This document shows, one piece after another, positions 28,101-40,900 of a DNA stretch of 64,000 bases (the stretch's first letter is position 1; each line of letters starts with the position of its first letter). The DNA comes from Zygnema circumcarinatum SAG 698-1b (Eukaryota > Plantae > Zygnematophyceae): contig CM074814.1 in NCBI GenBank assembly GCA_037447605.1, forward strand, positions 806,001 through 870,000. Direction: 5' to 3'. The position numbers and the translations under genes were made by a program. The notes beneath the pieces are model-generated. The model had not been told where the DNA came from. It did no database searches and worked only from the letters and a program-made list of their open reading frames with translations.

Positions 28101-30949
28101 TCACTTAATGATTATGTTCGAGGCAAGCTGAAAGGAAGGAATGAAATTTATCATTTCAACAGAGGGCAAACAGCAACTATGAGTCACACTACATGCTTCC
28201 TATCTCCTCTGCTTGTGTGCCATCATCATACAATACCCTACTACTCAGGGGATGCCGCTGAAGGACTGCCCAATGGAGATACATCAAAGGGCAAACCAAA
28301 GCAACTCACCAAGAGAGAGCTGAGGCAGCGAGGAGTGACGAGTCTCACCGAGAGAAGGAGCGTGTGAGCGTCACAAAAACACCTGCGGTGCCCCCCAGCA
28401 GCGGCCGCATGTCAAACTTGGGGCTGCGAGCGAGCGACCGCTCCACTGCCGATGTCAAAATCATCATCATCTGCATGACCCGCATCACCTTTGCTCCCCA
28501 TGTGACCCATGTACTGGGCTACCCCCCGGGCTCCTAAGTTTTACTCTAACACTCCTCGTCAGCTAGTAGCTCTGGGATGTATTTCAGAATCTACTAATGC
28601 AGTTAAGAAGAAGAGTTTCAAACGAAGCTAACGATGATGGGGAATGGGAGGTCAGCAAGACTGGCAAGGATCTGCACACTTCCTCGGTAGACTGAACTCT
28701 AGAAATGCCATTGAAGAGGAATAAACTCGCTAATGTTTTGCCGGCCACTTTATTTGAGAATAAAGTTATACACTGCTTGTCCCTGCGGACTGTCAGAAAC
28801 ATATTCTTAAACCAGTCCCCATCCATATTGCTAGATTAAGTTATATGGGGCACGCAGTTGACCAAACCCGTGCATTGCTTTCTATCTTGCAATATATTGT
28901 TTTCCCAATTTACCTGACCGTGGAGAAGGTCAAGTTGATCTCTTAACATGGAAGTTGGCTCTCCTGTAGCAGATATTGAAACAAGATAAAGTGGGCCCCT
29001 CACAAGGAAGAGAATCTGCATGCCCATAGCTGTAGAAATCCCATCAAAATGCATTCAAACATCACCTTTTGGGGTCACTACAAACCTAACTCATCCATAC
29101 ATTACCCTTTGTGGCTATAACCCTGGGAACAGGGAGGATGGTAACAACCGCTAATCAACATAGAGATACTCAAGTCACATTTGAAAAGGATCACTATGTC
29201 GTTTTGCTCCATTCATGAGAAAACAAACGACAATGATTTGATTTCCTTCAATGAGCCTTAACGCAGATGGACCACAAACGAGCACCACGTATGTCTTTAA
29301 TGAAAACCTCAGCTCATAAAGCATCTTGACTATGTATCACAAGAATTGAAACTTTTCTGAAACGGTACGCACCTGATGCTGGCCAGCTCGAATAAAGCGG
29401 ATCTTATCTCCTTCGTTCTCCACAAATGAGAGGATGGCTTGCAGTATTCCAGAAAATCCAGCAAGCTTCTGCTCGTCTCCATACCGAGAATAGATTGGCT
29501 TCCCTGCATTGCTCAATATGAAGAAGTGCTTTTTGTGCTTTCTCCATGATGGCATTGTGTCGTCCTTTATTGATCGTAGCACCAAAACAACCATCAACTG
29601 CAAGTAGTCAGCTTAATGAACACTAAGAAATATTTAACTCGCAAGACTTCGCCAAACCTCCGTAACTTTTTGTAAATGCTTGCCGCAATGCTATACAGTG
29701 CATACTCGGCGATATGAGAAAATTGTCACTATACAGAAACAATCTCCCTCCAAAATTTTAGTTCTGGAAATGCTGACACATTTGACTGGAAAAGGCATGA
29801 ATCACATTTCAGTGGTAAAGCGTACATGCTAAACGGGGAGTTAATTCAATGAGAACTAAGCGCCTCAATTGTCTTTTCGTCTTCCTCCCTCAACATTGCG
29901 ACTCAAACAATTCAGTCTCTTCTCATTAAACATAAGGCCACACCATACCCAATAGTGGGTCAGCAATCTAACGGATGCTGCTACAAAATCTCCTTCTCAA
30001 AAGTTCAACTAATGTTTAAACGACTTGAAGTAATCGTGATGTTTTCTTTAAAGGAATAAAACTCAATTTCAGGCTTTGGAGACCGGCTGTCTCATCCGAC
30101 TGATTTCGTGCTAAAATCAGCGGCTCCTATTCAACCACATGGAGTGTCTGTTTCCTTGAGTCTTGAACCTTACATCAAAGGAAGGGAGAGGTTTCAACTG
30201 TCCTCCAAATACAACAAGAGTTTCAAGAAGCGTATTGCTATCCCTTCAACAAGTTCAGCATCAAAAGTTGGAGACGGACTTCCGTTGTCACTTACAATTC
30301 ACTACATTTGTTCATTTTTGCGCTCGCTTGCACCTTGGAGATACATCATCACCGTATCTCTTACCTCATGCTTATACTTATTTTTGCTCGCTCGCGCTTC
30401 ATCCTCCATCTGAAGCTCCATTGAACCTGTTGAACTCTCCTCTTTATCCTTTCCTTTCCTCCTCCCATTCTCGTTCATTCCATCGTTTCTTTCGCTGCTC
30501 CCAGATTCTTCCTCTCCCTCCTCCCTCTCTTCTCCTCTCTGTCCTCCTGATGTTCCTTCACTCGTGTCGTCCCTCCCAATGCTGCCTCCCTCACTTATCT
30601 GATCAGAAAAACCTTCCTTCCTTCTTCCTTCATTCACTTCACTCACACCCTCCCTCTCCCTTGTCACAGGCTCTTCACCTTCTCCTGTTGCAATGCTGCT
30701 GTTACTACCGCTCCTCCTTTCTCCTGAAGCTTGCTCTGGTTTCTCGCTTGCACCATCTTTTTCAGGGAAATAACAGGGCTTTCCGACATGGCCATCCTCC
30801 TCAAAATCCAGATCGTCTGCAAGCGCCACAACAGGATCGAGCATGCCTGCTCTGTCGCCATAGCTGCTGTGCTCGCCGTTTTCTCGAGCTCCACGTGAGC
30901 CTCCCGTTCCTTTTTTCTCGCCCCTTCCTCCTGCTGGAGGTCCAGCCAT
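25172..30949 (-). CDS. MON1: Vacuolar fusion protein MON1/SAND (RAB7 GEF subunit), multi-exon
   Basis: Exons encode [65 protein letters not shown] and C-terminal [11 protein letters not shown]...PFTFSS* (TAG 25172-25174). Acidic N-terminal exon starts MAGPPAGG at 30949. Confidence 0.92.
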
Positions 30950-32094
30950 AGTTCTCTCTCTCCTCCTCTCACCCCCTCTCTCCCTCTCTCCCTCTCTCCC
31001 TCCCCCTCTCCCTCCCTCACAATCGAGCGCAAGCAACGCTGCAGGAGAGGGCGACACGTGGCAAATGCACAAGCGCCAGCTTTCTTGGAGAGCTCACTTT
31101 GAAATTAGTTTTCTAGCGGTTAAATGTTTTTCTTTTTAAAGAAAGGAAATTCCGAAAAGCGAGTTGAAACCGTTTCCTCGCACATGAGAATCATTCAGCG
31201 GCCGAAATATCTCGATACGGTACAAGTATTTATCGATAGACTGATTTGGAGATCCCCGGAACATGCTATATATCGAATGTAACAGTAAACTGAACTGTGA
31301 GATGACATGGAACCGTACGATGGCTGGGTACGACAAATAGTTCCTGTGTGATTTTTGGTTTTAGGTTTTTGCCATGTGCCATGCCATGCCATGGGCATGC
31401 ACCACTCCACCATGTGCTGGGCACAAGGAGCATGATGCGCTTGTACTTATGAAAACGGAGAGGGAGAGGGAGAGGGAGAGGGAGAGGGAGAGGGAGAGGG
31501 AGAGGGAGAGGAGAAGGAGAAGGAGAGAGGCATACGCTCATATGCATTATGCGAGTCGTGGACCTTGCTTTTGCTAGCACATGATGGCTCCATATGGCCA
31601 CTGAAGCCCTAAGCAGGATAGTTCGTTCTTCTGCTTTTCCTTTTTTTTTTTTCTACTCTTGTTCATCAAATGCGACTGGATATGTTCCAGTTCTGCAATT
31701 AGGGTCACAATTGGAACTTGAAAAGGGAAAGCTTATATGCTCGCAAAGATTTGCATGGTCATAGAAAGAATGGAAACCGTGAACTGGGATACAGAGATGA
31801 ACTCGTGTCGGAACAGAACTAGTACAAGCTGGACAGCAAGACTCAGAAGAAGAAGACGATTGGAAAAAATAAATGATCGAATTCCATTGCTCACTGAAAC
31901 AGCTCTGCCAAGGGGGGCCTGTAGCCGTACCACCAACTCTTCAACCTGGATCTCACATATCCCGGGCCAAAATATGCCTGAGAAAGCTGTGAAAGATGTC
32001 AAAATTCTTCGAGTTTTGTTGGAATGAACTCCTGTACTGTCCTTAGTCTGAGCATAAATGACTTATTGCAACAAAACCACTCGTATGCAAGCGA

Positions 32095-32979
32095 TCAATT
32101 TTTGCTCTTGACCATGGCATTGATGCTTGCATGCATTTTGTCCACCCGCGCCGCTGCTGCTCTTGCCCGCTCTAACAAGGCATGGACTGAGGCCTTGTCG
32201 CTATCGGCAGAGATAGAATTCCTCCGTCCTCCATGTTCACTAGTGACCGCGGATACACAGCTATCATCCGATTCCTCCCGTGGAGCACCTACAGGAGGTG
32301 TGCTGTCATTGTTAGCACCGAGGAAGTCTACATCCCTTCCCCTTGTTGCGTATGGAGATGAAAAGCCATTCAAGTCTTCGAACTCTAATTCTCCTGCCGC
32401 ATCGTGGAAGGGAGACTCCGGAAACAAGGAGGGAGAGCTTGGTGCTGTATTGAATGGAGAAGCTGAGATTTCTAGACGCCTCAATTCTGAGGTTGTCGAT
32501 CCAGGAGTAGACACACTGCTAGTGACTGGGCCGATGGTGGCTTTCTCAAATTCTACTGTACCACCGTCAGAATAAGTTGAACCATTCTGTTGGCTCTTAA
32601 GAAATATTTCAGCTTCTTTTTTGAGAAATAGCTCTACTTCTTCTTCAAGTGGATAGCTTTCTTGACCGTCTCCATTCTGCAGTACACCCTCAATATCCGA
32701 AGAACCCCTCTCTATCGCTTTGATGTCTACTCCGCCATTCAAAAGCTTCATACCAAGGTATACAGAAGCGCCTGCCACAACTAAAGCGGAAATGGGGAGT
32801 GGAACGGCTCCAAGAAGGCCGACTATTGCTGCTCCCGCTGCACCCTGAGATTTGGAGCTCTGACCGCCCTTCTTCGGGTTCCTCTTCTTCTTCTCATTCT
32901 CAACTTTCTTTCTTCTTGCATTTCCGGCAAGAGAAATGCTGCCTCCCACCACAGCAGCTGCAGCCACAGCCTTGTCCAT
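32095..32979 (-). CDS. Hypothetical 294-aa protein with an N-terminal hydrophobic/basic region, a probable transmembrane segment and an acidic Ser-rich tail
   Basis: Single long ORF with an in-frame stop just upstream of the ATG. Hydrophobic stretch AIVGLLGAVPLPISALVVAGASVYLGMKLL; helical C-terminus. No family recognised. Confidence 0.7.
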   Translation of the reverse strand: MDKAVAAAAVVGGSISLAGNARRKKVENEKKKRNPKKGGQSSKSQGAAGAAIVGLLGAVPLPISALVVAGASVYLGMKLLNGGVDIKAIERGSSDIEGVLQNGDGQESYPLEEEVELFLKKEAEIFLKSQQNGSTYSDGGTVEFEKATIGPVTSSVSTPGSTTSELRRLEISASPFNTAPSSPSLFPESPFHDAAGELEFEDLNGFSSPYATRGRDVDFLGANNDSTPPVGAPREESDDSCVSAVTSEHGGRRNSISADSDKASVHALLERARAAAARVDKMHASINAMVKSKN

Positions 32980-34102
32980 TGTGAAGCTGCTTTATACAAT
33001 AGTAAGTACTAAGCCAACTGCAGCAAAAATGTTGCAGATTAGGAATGATAAAGCAGTATGTCGGCGGCCTGGGGAACCACTGCCAATTCAGGTAGGCTTC
33101 ACTGTTCCATGTAGCAAGAAATCAAGGCTGCAGGACAAAACAGAAAAATAAAGACAGTGAGAAACGACGATGGGAGAAATATCAACAGCTTCCCTCAATC
33201 AGCAGAGTTGTATCGAGATGCAATCCTTCTATATCACAGATGGCATGCGCTCGTCAGAGCTTGACATTTCATAATATATCCGCCGCATGACATAATCTCG
33301 GGCTCCAAAGAAATCAAGCAACAAGGAAAATCGAAGTGCGCCTGTGCGTTCACGCGGCACATTACTCAAGCAGGTGGATTCAACTACAGAAAAAAAAAAA
33401 AAAAACCATAAAATCGATGGCCAGCAAAAAAAAAAGGCTCGGGTACTCGATTATCAGCTTAAACAAGCCTCCCATTCCACGGAAAACCTGAACCTTTCTA
33501 TCTCCATCAAAGACCTGCACAATACCTCACAACACGCAAAAAGAAGGCGTAAGCAGACACCTGGAGCTTTCTCTCACCTCCTGCAAGCAGACACAGCTCC
33601 GGTATATTCCACAAGCAAGATCCTCCCGATTCACATCCAATCAGTCTCAACCATCCAGTAATGTGATCTTAAGAAAGCCGCTCTTCCCTGCTCTCCTCTC
33701 CTCTCCTTCTCCCTCCCTCTCTCCCTCCCTCTCTCCCTCCCTCCACCCCCCCTCCTTGGAGCATGCTCACATCAAAAAGCAGCTTGTTTCTCAAAATGCA
33801 CCTGACTGCCAGTACCTCAACCGGGGACGTGGGAACTCTATTAGAGGACATTAGTAAAGCGAACTTGGACAAAGGTACTCGCATCACGGACGCCATTTGG
33901 CCTTTCTCAACTTTTGCAACAGTGTCAAACTTGAGAGGATTTCACTACGGGAAAAAAACGTGGAAATCAAAAATAATAATCAGTACACATTTGTGTTGCG
34001 GATCATGTTTATAAAGTACTGATTCTATTTTCGAGGCGTACCGGTAATTTGAAAACCCTCTACGCCGACGGTTTTGTACTTTATGCGCGGCTGGGACCAG
34101 AG

Positions 34103-34155
34103 CCAATGAGGGTTTGCCATGTCAACACTACTACCACGTGGCAGTTACCGATTGG
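34103..34155. promoter_or_regulatory. Palindromic double CCAAT-N9-CCA(C/T)G module upstream of the orphan gene
   Basis: CCAAT gagggtttg CCATG (34103-34121), 15-nt spacer, CGTGG cagttaccg ATTGG (34137-34155). Confidence 0.7.
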
Positions 34156-34272
34156 TCGAGAATACAGGTCGCCGAGGCGAAAGGAACGGTTTAAGAATTT
34201 TTTGGGCGTTGGCGGACGCCAGTTTCCGTGAAACGGACGCGTGGGCGGACGTTCGTACATTACCGATACCTC

Positions 34273-34375
34273 CAGTTTGCCAGGAAAAACCGACTTTGCC
34301 AGGAAAAACCGAGTTTGCCAGGAAAATCCGAGTTTGCCAGGGAAAACCAAGTTTTCCAGGAAAAACCGAGTTTGT
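34273..34375. repeat. 19-bp minisatellite, ~5.5 tandem copies (consensus GAGTTTGCCAGGAAAAACC)
   Basis: Units start at 34273, 34292, 34311, 34330, 34349 and 34368 (partial); no spacers between them. Confidence 0.9.
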
Positions 34376-34886
34376 CTTGTAACCTTCTTTCAGGCGCGCG
34401 GCGGCTCTCGTCAGCGGTTTGCAGCTTTTTCAAGTGGGTTCACCGGCCGATATTCTGCGATGTATCGAAGATATCGCCAGTTCAGTGTGCGGTAGACGGC
34501 TGACGAAGGGGACACTTTGGAGTTCACAAAACTGAGCATATTCGGCTTTGACGTTTGTGCCAGACAGACTACAAAGGGACTATTGTTCGCAACTGCTTCC
34601 AAATGCCCACAAATTGCAGCATTTTAAGGAAGCAAATTTCACATTTGGGGAATAACTGCCTTGCTCCGCGCTGCCAGCTACAAAATACAAAAGCAAACAA
34701 AAGAGATAGTCTAATCTATTGAGCCCTCGTAACGTTTTGTGAGATGACCCCGTTTTTTAGTCAACATGCCAAAAGTAATTACAAAGAAAGCCAGTATTTG
34801 CAATTGAACATAATTACAAAAACAAAATGAGAGAGAGACCTTTCTCTCCTCTCCAGTGCTTCAAAACTTAAATCTCCGAAGCAACC

Positions 34887-36903
34887 TCAGCTGACCGACT
34901 GCCCCACTGCTGACTTGAGCTCTGTGGCTAACTCCGACGCAGGCTGCACTTTCCCATTCACCTTCACAGAGGTGACTTTCACCGCTTCCTTATCACTTCC
35001 CACAAGGAACAGCCCTTCGTCTGTAACTACCCCAGGCTCAGCCGCCCCTTCCACAGCCACCTCCACTCCCTTCAAGCCATTCTTATCATAAGTCTCAACA
35101 AGAACGGAGCCAAATAGCCCCACAACTTCCCCATTTATGATGGTCCAAGCACCGGGAAATCTGTCATTCCCTCTTATGAAGTTATGGATCTGCTCCGCCG
35201 TCTTCGTGAAGTCGACCTTTGCCAGCTTTGGGTCTTTCCACAAGGGGTCATATGAGGCTCCTTCCTCGGGCTGAGGGATGCGCGGCGCTTTACCGCTCGC
35301 GATAAGGTCTACAGCCTCCCCCATGGCCTTCACTCCCTCCGGGAAGAGGAACCTCTTGTCTGAACATAAGAAGCATAGGATCTTTAGTCGTAAGGTCGAC
35401 CAAACAAACTGAAACGTTCTCATTCCCTCGTTTCTAAAACTCTAAATTTCATTAAGCCTCTCTACTGAGTCTGAATTGAGGTACACAGCCACTTCAGCAA
35501 AGGGAAAGCACTTTCATACTCACAGATTGAGTTAACAGTATCATTTGGTTCCACGTCACACTCCTTTTGCAGCAGAATGGAGCCTGTGTCCAATCCGTCG
35601 TCGGCCCAAAAGACTGTCAACCCGCTCTTCTTGTCACCCTCCATGAGCGTCCAGTTGATGGCAGAAGCTCCCCTGTGGCGAGGCAGAAGAGAGGGATGGT
35701 AGATGATGGAGCCGTGCTTGCAGGCATCAGAGACCTGGCAGGAGAGGGAAGGAGGAGGGAGACTAGTGCAGGATGGGGTGCGAGATCCAAGGACCGGATG
35801 GGGACGACCAGAAGTCAAACGCTAAATGAAAACATGTGAATAATGTGAAAAATCCTTTCTTATCATGTCATGTTCATCCATTCTGCGTTCACGAGTATGG
35901 TTCAAGCATTGGCTGGAATTTGAACCAAACGATAAAATGTACTGTGAATTAATAGAAAAAACCATTACATGGCCACGCCGTGGGACCTTATTTTCCTGTT
36001 ACATGCCCCGATGCTGAAAAAGTGCCAGATTATGTCTAAACATGTGAGGAATGAAGTCAGAGCAGAAGCCATGTACCTCCATGGGAATGAATTGGGTGAC
36101 AAAGGCCAGCACATTCAGTTCCGCACCCACACTTTTGTACTGCTCCAATACCTCCGGTAGCACGTGGCCACCATCCTTCTTTAAAGCCTTCCATCGCACT
36201 ATTTTAAATACCTGAGCATAACAGAAGAAATGCAAAAAGAATTCAAAATAGTTTAATGAGCGACCTGGTTTTGATTTATGAGAACAATCATGACACTGCG
36301 TATGATCGGCTTAGATTCTCTTTCATGGCGACTCATTTAAAATGGAAATGCAGGAACACCCAAAGGGAAAGAAAAAGCGGGGAAGGGGGGGGGGGGGCGG
36401 GGGCAGATGAAAGAATCCATTGACAGGAGCCGAGCGAAGCTGGAAAGTGTGGAGATGGCAAGCGAGAGGGAGAGAGAAAAAAAAATGACGAAAGAAATGG
36501 TAATAAAAAGCAACAGCAAGGGAATTACAACAAATCATTAAAATACAATCTTACAGTAATAATCAAACTATAACAATGACCCAGACGGGGATGCTAACAA
36601 AGAATACTTTCCAAAATGACCCAAGAAATGAGCGTACTCAAACATAAAAGAGAGGAAAATCTAGAAAGCGCAATCCTCCCTTCCTCCCTCAACTCTCTGC
36701 CTCCTGCGTCTTTAACGCAAATGCTCCCTATTGCCTCCTCCTCTCACCTTGTGCCCGTTCGCACGTGCGGCTGCCGCCAGGGGGTCCTCCTTCCCCGCGC
36801 TGTCCGGCACGCTGAACACGCCCACAACCTCGTGGCCTCGCTCCAAGAGGTGGCGGTACACCTCCGCTCCAAACGCGGACTGCCCGAACACCGCCACACG
36901 CAT
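34887..36903 (-). CDS. Stand-alone 10-formyltetrahydrofolate hydrolase-like protein (ALDH1L/FDH N-terminal formyltransferase-fold domain), 4 exons, ~324 aa
   Basis: Exons 36903-36748, 36211-36077, 35734-35524, 35359-34887, all GT-AG and in frame. They give [72 protein letters not shown] and [11 protein letters not shown], nearly identical to the animal ALDH1L motifs as recalled. Ends in TGA with no ACP or ALDH domain. Confidence 0.9.
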
Positions 36904-37116
36904 TGCTGCTGCGCTTCTTCCTGAAATTCAGTCCCTCTCTTTCACTCTCTCCTCTCTCCTCTCCTCACTCTCTTCTCTCTCCTCACTCTCTCTTTCTCCC
37001 TCTTTCTCTCTTTCTCCCTGGCGCTCGTTCTCTCGCAAGTCTCCAACACCTGCAAATGCCGCACCACAAACCTCCAGAGTGCGGGCTGCACCGAGGGTCC
37101 CTTTTGTAACTTTGCA

Positions 37117-37243
37117 CCAATCACAGAACGCCACGTCAGCATTTTCGCTTACATGGCAAACGGTAATTGGCCGTACGGGGACCCTCCGCCAATCATAAAA
37201 CGCCACGTCATCACTTTTTACATACGTGGCAGACGGTAATTGG
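37117..37243. promoter_or_regulatory. Two tandem palindromic double CCAAT-N9-CCACG modules upstream of the ALDH1L-like gene
   Basis: Module A 37117-37170 (CCAAT cacagaacg CCACG / CATGG caaacggta ATTGG); module B 37189-37243 (CCAAT cataaaacg CCACG / CGTGG cagacggta ATTGG). Confidence 0.75.
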
Positions 37244-37972
37244 TGTCATCGGAACTTCATAAAATTCCTCGCGGCCCTCGAGGGGAGGTTGGAGGGCGGG
37301 TCGCCCCGGGACAGAGGTTAATCAGAGTATGCCACGTGTGCACAAGTGATGACATAGCATGCTGTGATTAGTCCAGCGTGGATACATTTTCACTCTAAAC
37401 AGTGGAGCATGTAGATTCAGAAATCTCCCAAACAAATTTCCATAAATCTGCTCTCCAGAACGGCCCCCTCGGGACATTTCCATCCGGAATTGTCCGTTTG
37501 AAAGGTTTAGGTTTTCAGTATCAGGGTAAGGATTTTTTAGATGTCAGATATGAAGGTTGCGAAGTAATGCGTGCAGCTGTTAGATGTGGCTCAACGCAGA
37601 CGAAGCCTAGGGAGGTTAAGGGGTTTTTAGGGGTACAAAAGGGTGCAGAATGGTTTACTGATATACATGGACACCAGGAGCAACAATCTCTTTCCAAGCC
37701 CAGAGATTTCTGAAGATCTTTTACGTCACTTAAACAACCATGCTTGCTCGGTCAGATCAGGGACACTTTCTGGAGATCACAAACAACATAATGTGTTTTC
37801 CTAGCTGGCAAGAAAAAAGGATCTTTTATTATTGTCATGGGCCTCTCAACGACGACCCAAAAGAGAACCACCTTCCCTAAACCTGCCCTCCCCCTTCTCA
37901 TTCCCCCCCTCCCTTCCCCTGCTGCACACCTCCCAACCCTTGGAGTGCTACAGCCCGTCGTCAAAACAAACC

Positions 37973-40900
37973 CTAACTGTGCTTAGGGTTCACATAGAGC
38001 GCATCCACAAGCCCCAGCCCAAGCGTCTTCATGTCGTCCAAAACAGCGCCTACGTTCACAACGGCTCTCAGTTCACCTCCATCGGCATTGGCATCCGCCT
38101 CTTTCTGAAGACATACACATGTTCCAAGAATGCGTCTCAGATTCGCCATGAACTCTTAAGATCCCAACAACCGAGAAAACCTACAAACCCTACAATCCGA
38201 CGAAATTGACTCGATGTCTGAAAACATAACTACTTGCCAAGTACGTCAATAACCAGAGCATACTAATGCCTTCAATGACAGTAATGGCAACATAGTTCAA
38301 CAATTGCGTTAGGGTTTGACACCATGGAGAGACGAGAGACCTGCTTTTGGAGGGGGAGCTGCAAATTGGCGAGAGCAGGTGTTAGGGTCACCGGCTCGCC
38401 CACATGAGGCCGCCAAGAGAGGCCAATCGCAGCCCCACCAATGGGGTCATGCCAGAAATCCGCAACACTCGCAAAGCGGCTCTGCATCAGCAAGAGCACC
38501 AACTTATGAAATCGTTATTACTTTTGAGTGAGAGTGGAAAAGCGACAAATCAGGAGGCCTGTAGTAGAGATTTGATTAAGGGAAGGCTTTCCATCTGTCT
38601 GTGAAGAAACGTCAAGAAATCATCTGCAAAAATTACGATAATACCACTCTAATATGGCTCCCCTCTGAGACGTAGGTCCATACCAAACTGGAGGAATTTT
38701 CATCTTCCTAACTTCATTCCGTTTCACCGAAAACAGTAACGACCGTAAGAAATTTCTGTACGGAAGTTTGGACGATTCCCCACTAACTTGCTCCCCACTT
38801 ATGGCGTCAAGCTGATAATTGCCAGTATATCCCTGACGATATTGTACTACCATCTTAGAGGGGTGCTACTACTGTACTTGGAACCAGGGATTCGTGTTCG
38901 GCAAAGCCCACCTTCAACTGCCGGAGAAAGATGGCTGCGGGATCAAATCCGATAAGTACAGCCCGTTGAGCAGCGTGTGCTCCAGCACTCAGAATCGCCT
39001 TGGGTATATATGCGAGTTCGCCAGACTCTGACCTCTTCTTCTGCTCAGATGTAGACACTGTACACAAGGCGAAAACATAGATAAATAAACATACCAAATC
39101 AACAAAACCTCGTAAATTCTAAGGGAAGGCTTGTAGAATTGGACGAGAGGTTTACACCCTGAGGGTATGCTCTGAAGACCATTATCTTGACCTAAGCTGC
39201 CATTTCTGTTTTTACAGAAAATCTGTCTCTTGTCAAAACCTGCCAGTCGAGCAGTTCTAAAGCATAAAAGCCCCACATAAAAAAAATCTACTGTAGGTCA
39301 GCTGAAAACCAACTTAGGAACAGGCAAATGTGGAATTGTCAGTCAGATAGACTATATGGCGAATTTATGAAGGTCACAACTACTGATCACTGTGCAGACG
39401 TCCTGACAACAAAACGGAGAGAAAAAAACTCGGCTCGATTCAAAACATAAAGACTGTAACTAGCATTTCGTAAACGATATGTCCTTACTTTGCAAAAGAT
39501 CACGTGGATGAAACAAAACTCGTCCAGGATGAGGCAGGGCATCCATCCGCAGAAGAATGACAGCGTCGTTGATGTTGAGAGGGGTACAAAAGAGAGACTG
39601 GATCCCATCAATCAACCAACAGTTTTCTCAACAAAACATTCATACTCCCCCACTCATGAAAATCAAGTATTATCATTCTGCACAAGCAAATCAGTTCTTT
39701 CTAATGTACATCATAACAAAAACAGAATAGAAAAGAACTTCAGCCATAACAAACAAAGGACAGCAAGGTAAAGGCATTATGTTACCCACCTGCCATTTGT
39801 CGGACTCCTCGAAGTTGATTAACCGTGCTAATAGAGTAGCTGAGCTTGATGCAAAAGCTCTGATCCGTTTCAGGGACTGCCCACAAGACACAGAATCTAA
39901 ATTAACGAACACCTCCTACAAGCTGAACCCTGATCCTGCAGATGAACGCCACCAGTCTCCACTACAAGAAATCATATCTGGAAGGCTAACCAAAGAGGCA
40001 TATCTGTTCGACGAATGAAAAGAGATTCAAGTTTCATCAGGAAAACAACGAATGAGAGGAAGGGCCGGCTCTCTCGGAGAACCACCCTCCTCAAGTGACC
40101 CTAAAAACGAATGAATGCACTAGAGATTCCAGAGTAGGCGATTGTTGATTGGAAGCGGTGAATCATCAGAAATGTATGTTTACTCTGACACATGTCCAGT
40201 TTGACAAATAAATTGAGTCCAGATTGCCAGCACTAATCTCACCTCAATTGATGGACCTTTTTGTGTCCACACACTGTGATCTTGATCATATGGAGTAGCA
40301 ATGAACATGGCTGGACCGCCATTGCTCAACCGTTCTGAAGTCCCCTTATTTTTCAACTGAGTTAGGACTTTTTGTCGCAATGCAACAAAGTGGTCCTGCA
40401 AAGGTGCAAGGAAGGGCACATCATAGAAAACGTGAGATGACGCTTACAATACCTAAACTTGCCATACCATACAAGTAATAAATCAGGAAGGATTGCTTGC
40501 TGCTCTAGCAAGGAAGATAGGTGACCATGTGGAAGGTCTTACATGAATCGATTGCCGCTGTGAAGCTGTTAGTGTATTATTTATGTCCACGATCAGGGGA
40601 AGAGCATCCCAATTATAGCCACTCAGAAGACGCAGAAACCTGCATTGCCGAATTGAGTATTCAAGATGTAAATGTGTCAGAATCAGTCTTGTGCACCTCA
40701 GCCTCCTCAACAGCATACAGTTATCAGTCAAATACTTGGGAAGCCATGGCAGGGACTACAGTTCATTCGATGACAAGCGATGGTGACAACCAAGCAGGAG
40801 TTGACGACGAGTGGTAAAAAAAAGAGGCTTCATGTTTACTACGCTGTAAGTGAAGCAACCTCATTATAAGTCTTGGATAGGGCAAGGATCATAAAGGTAA

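Noticed and set aside
31733-32027. Extra coding exon for the orphan gene
   Set aside because: It lies after the in-frame TGA at 32095, so it is most likely 3' UTR.
34273-34375. CRISPR-like array
   Set aside because: The repeats are directly tandem with no unique spacers; eukaryotic context with no cas genes.
34887-36903. ALDH1L-like gene as animal or bacterial contamination
   Set aside because: It has canonical introns in the local style, shares the host promoter module and is contiguous, without N gaps, with plant-type genes.
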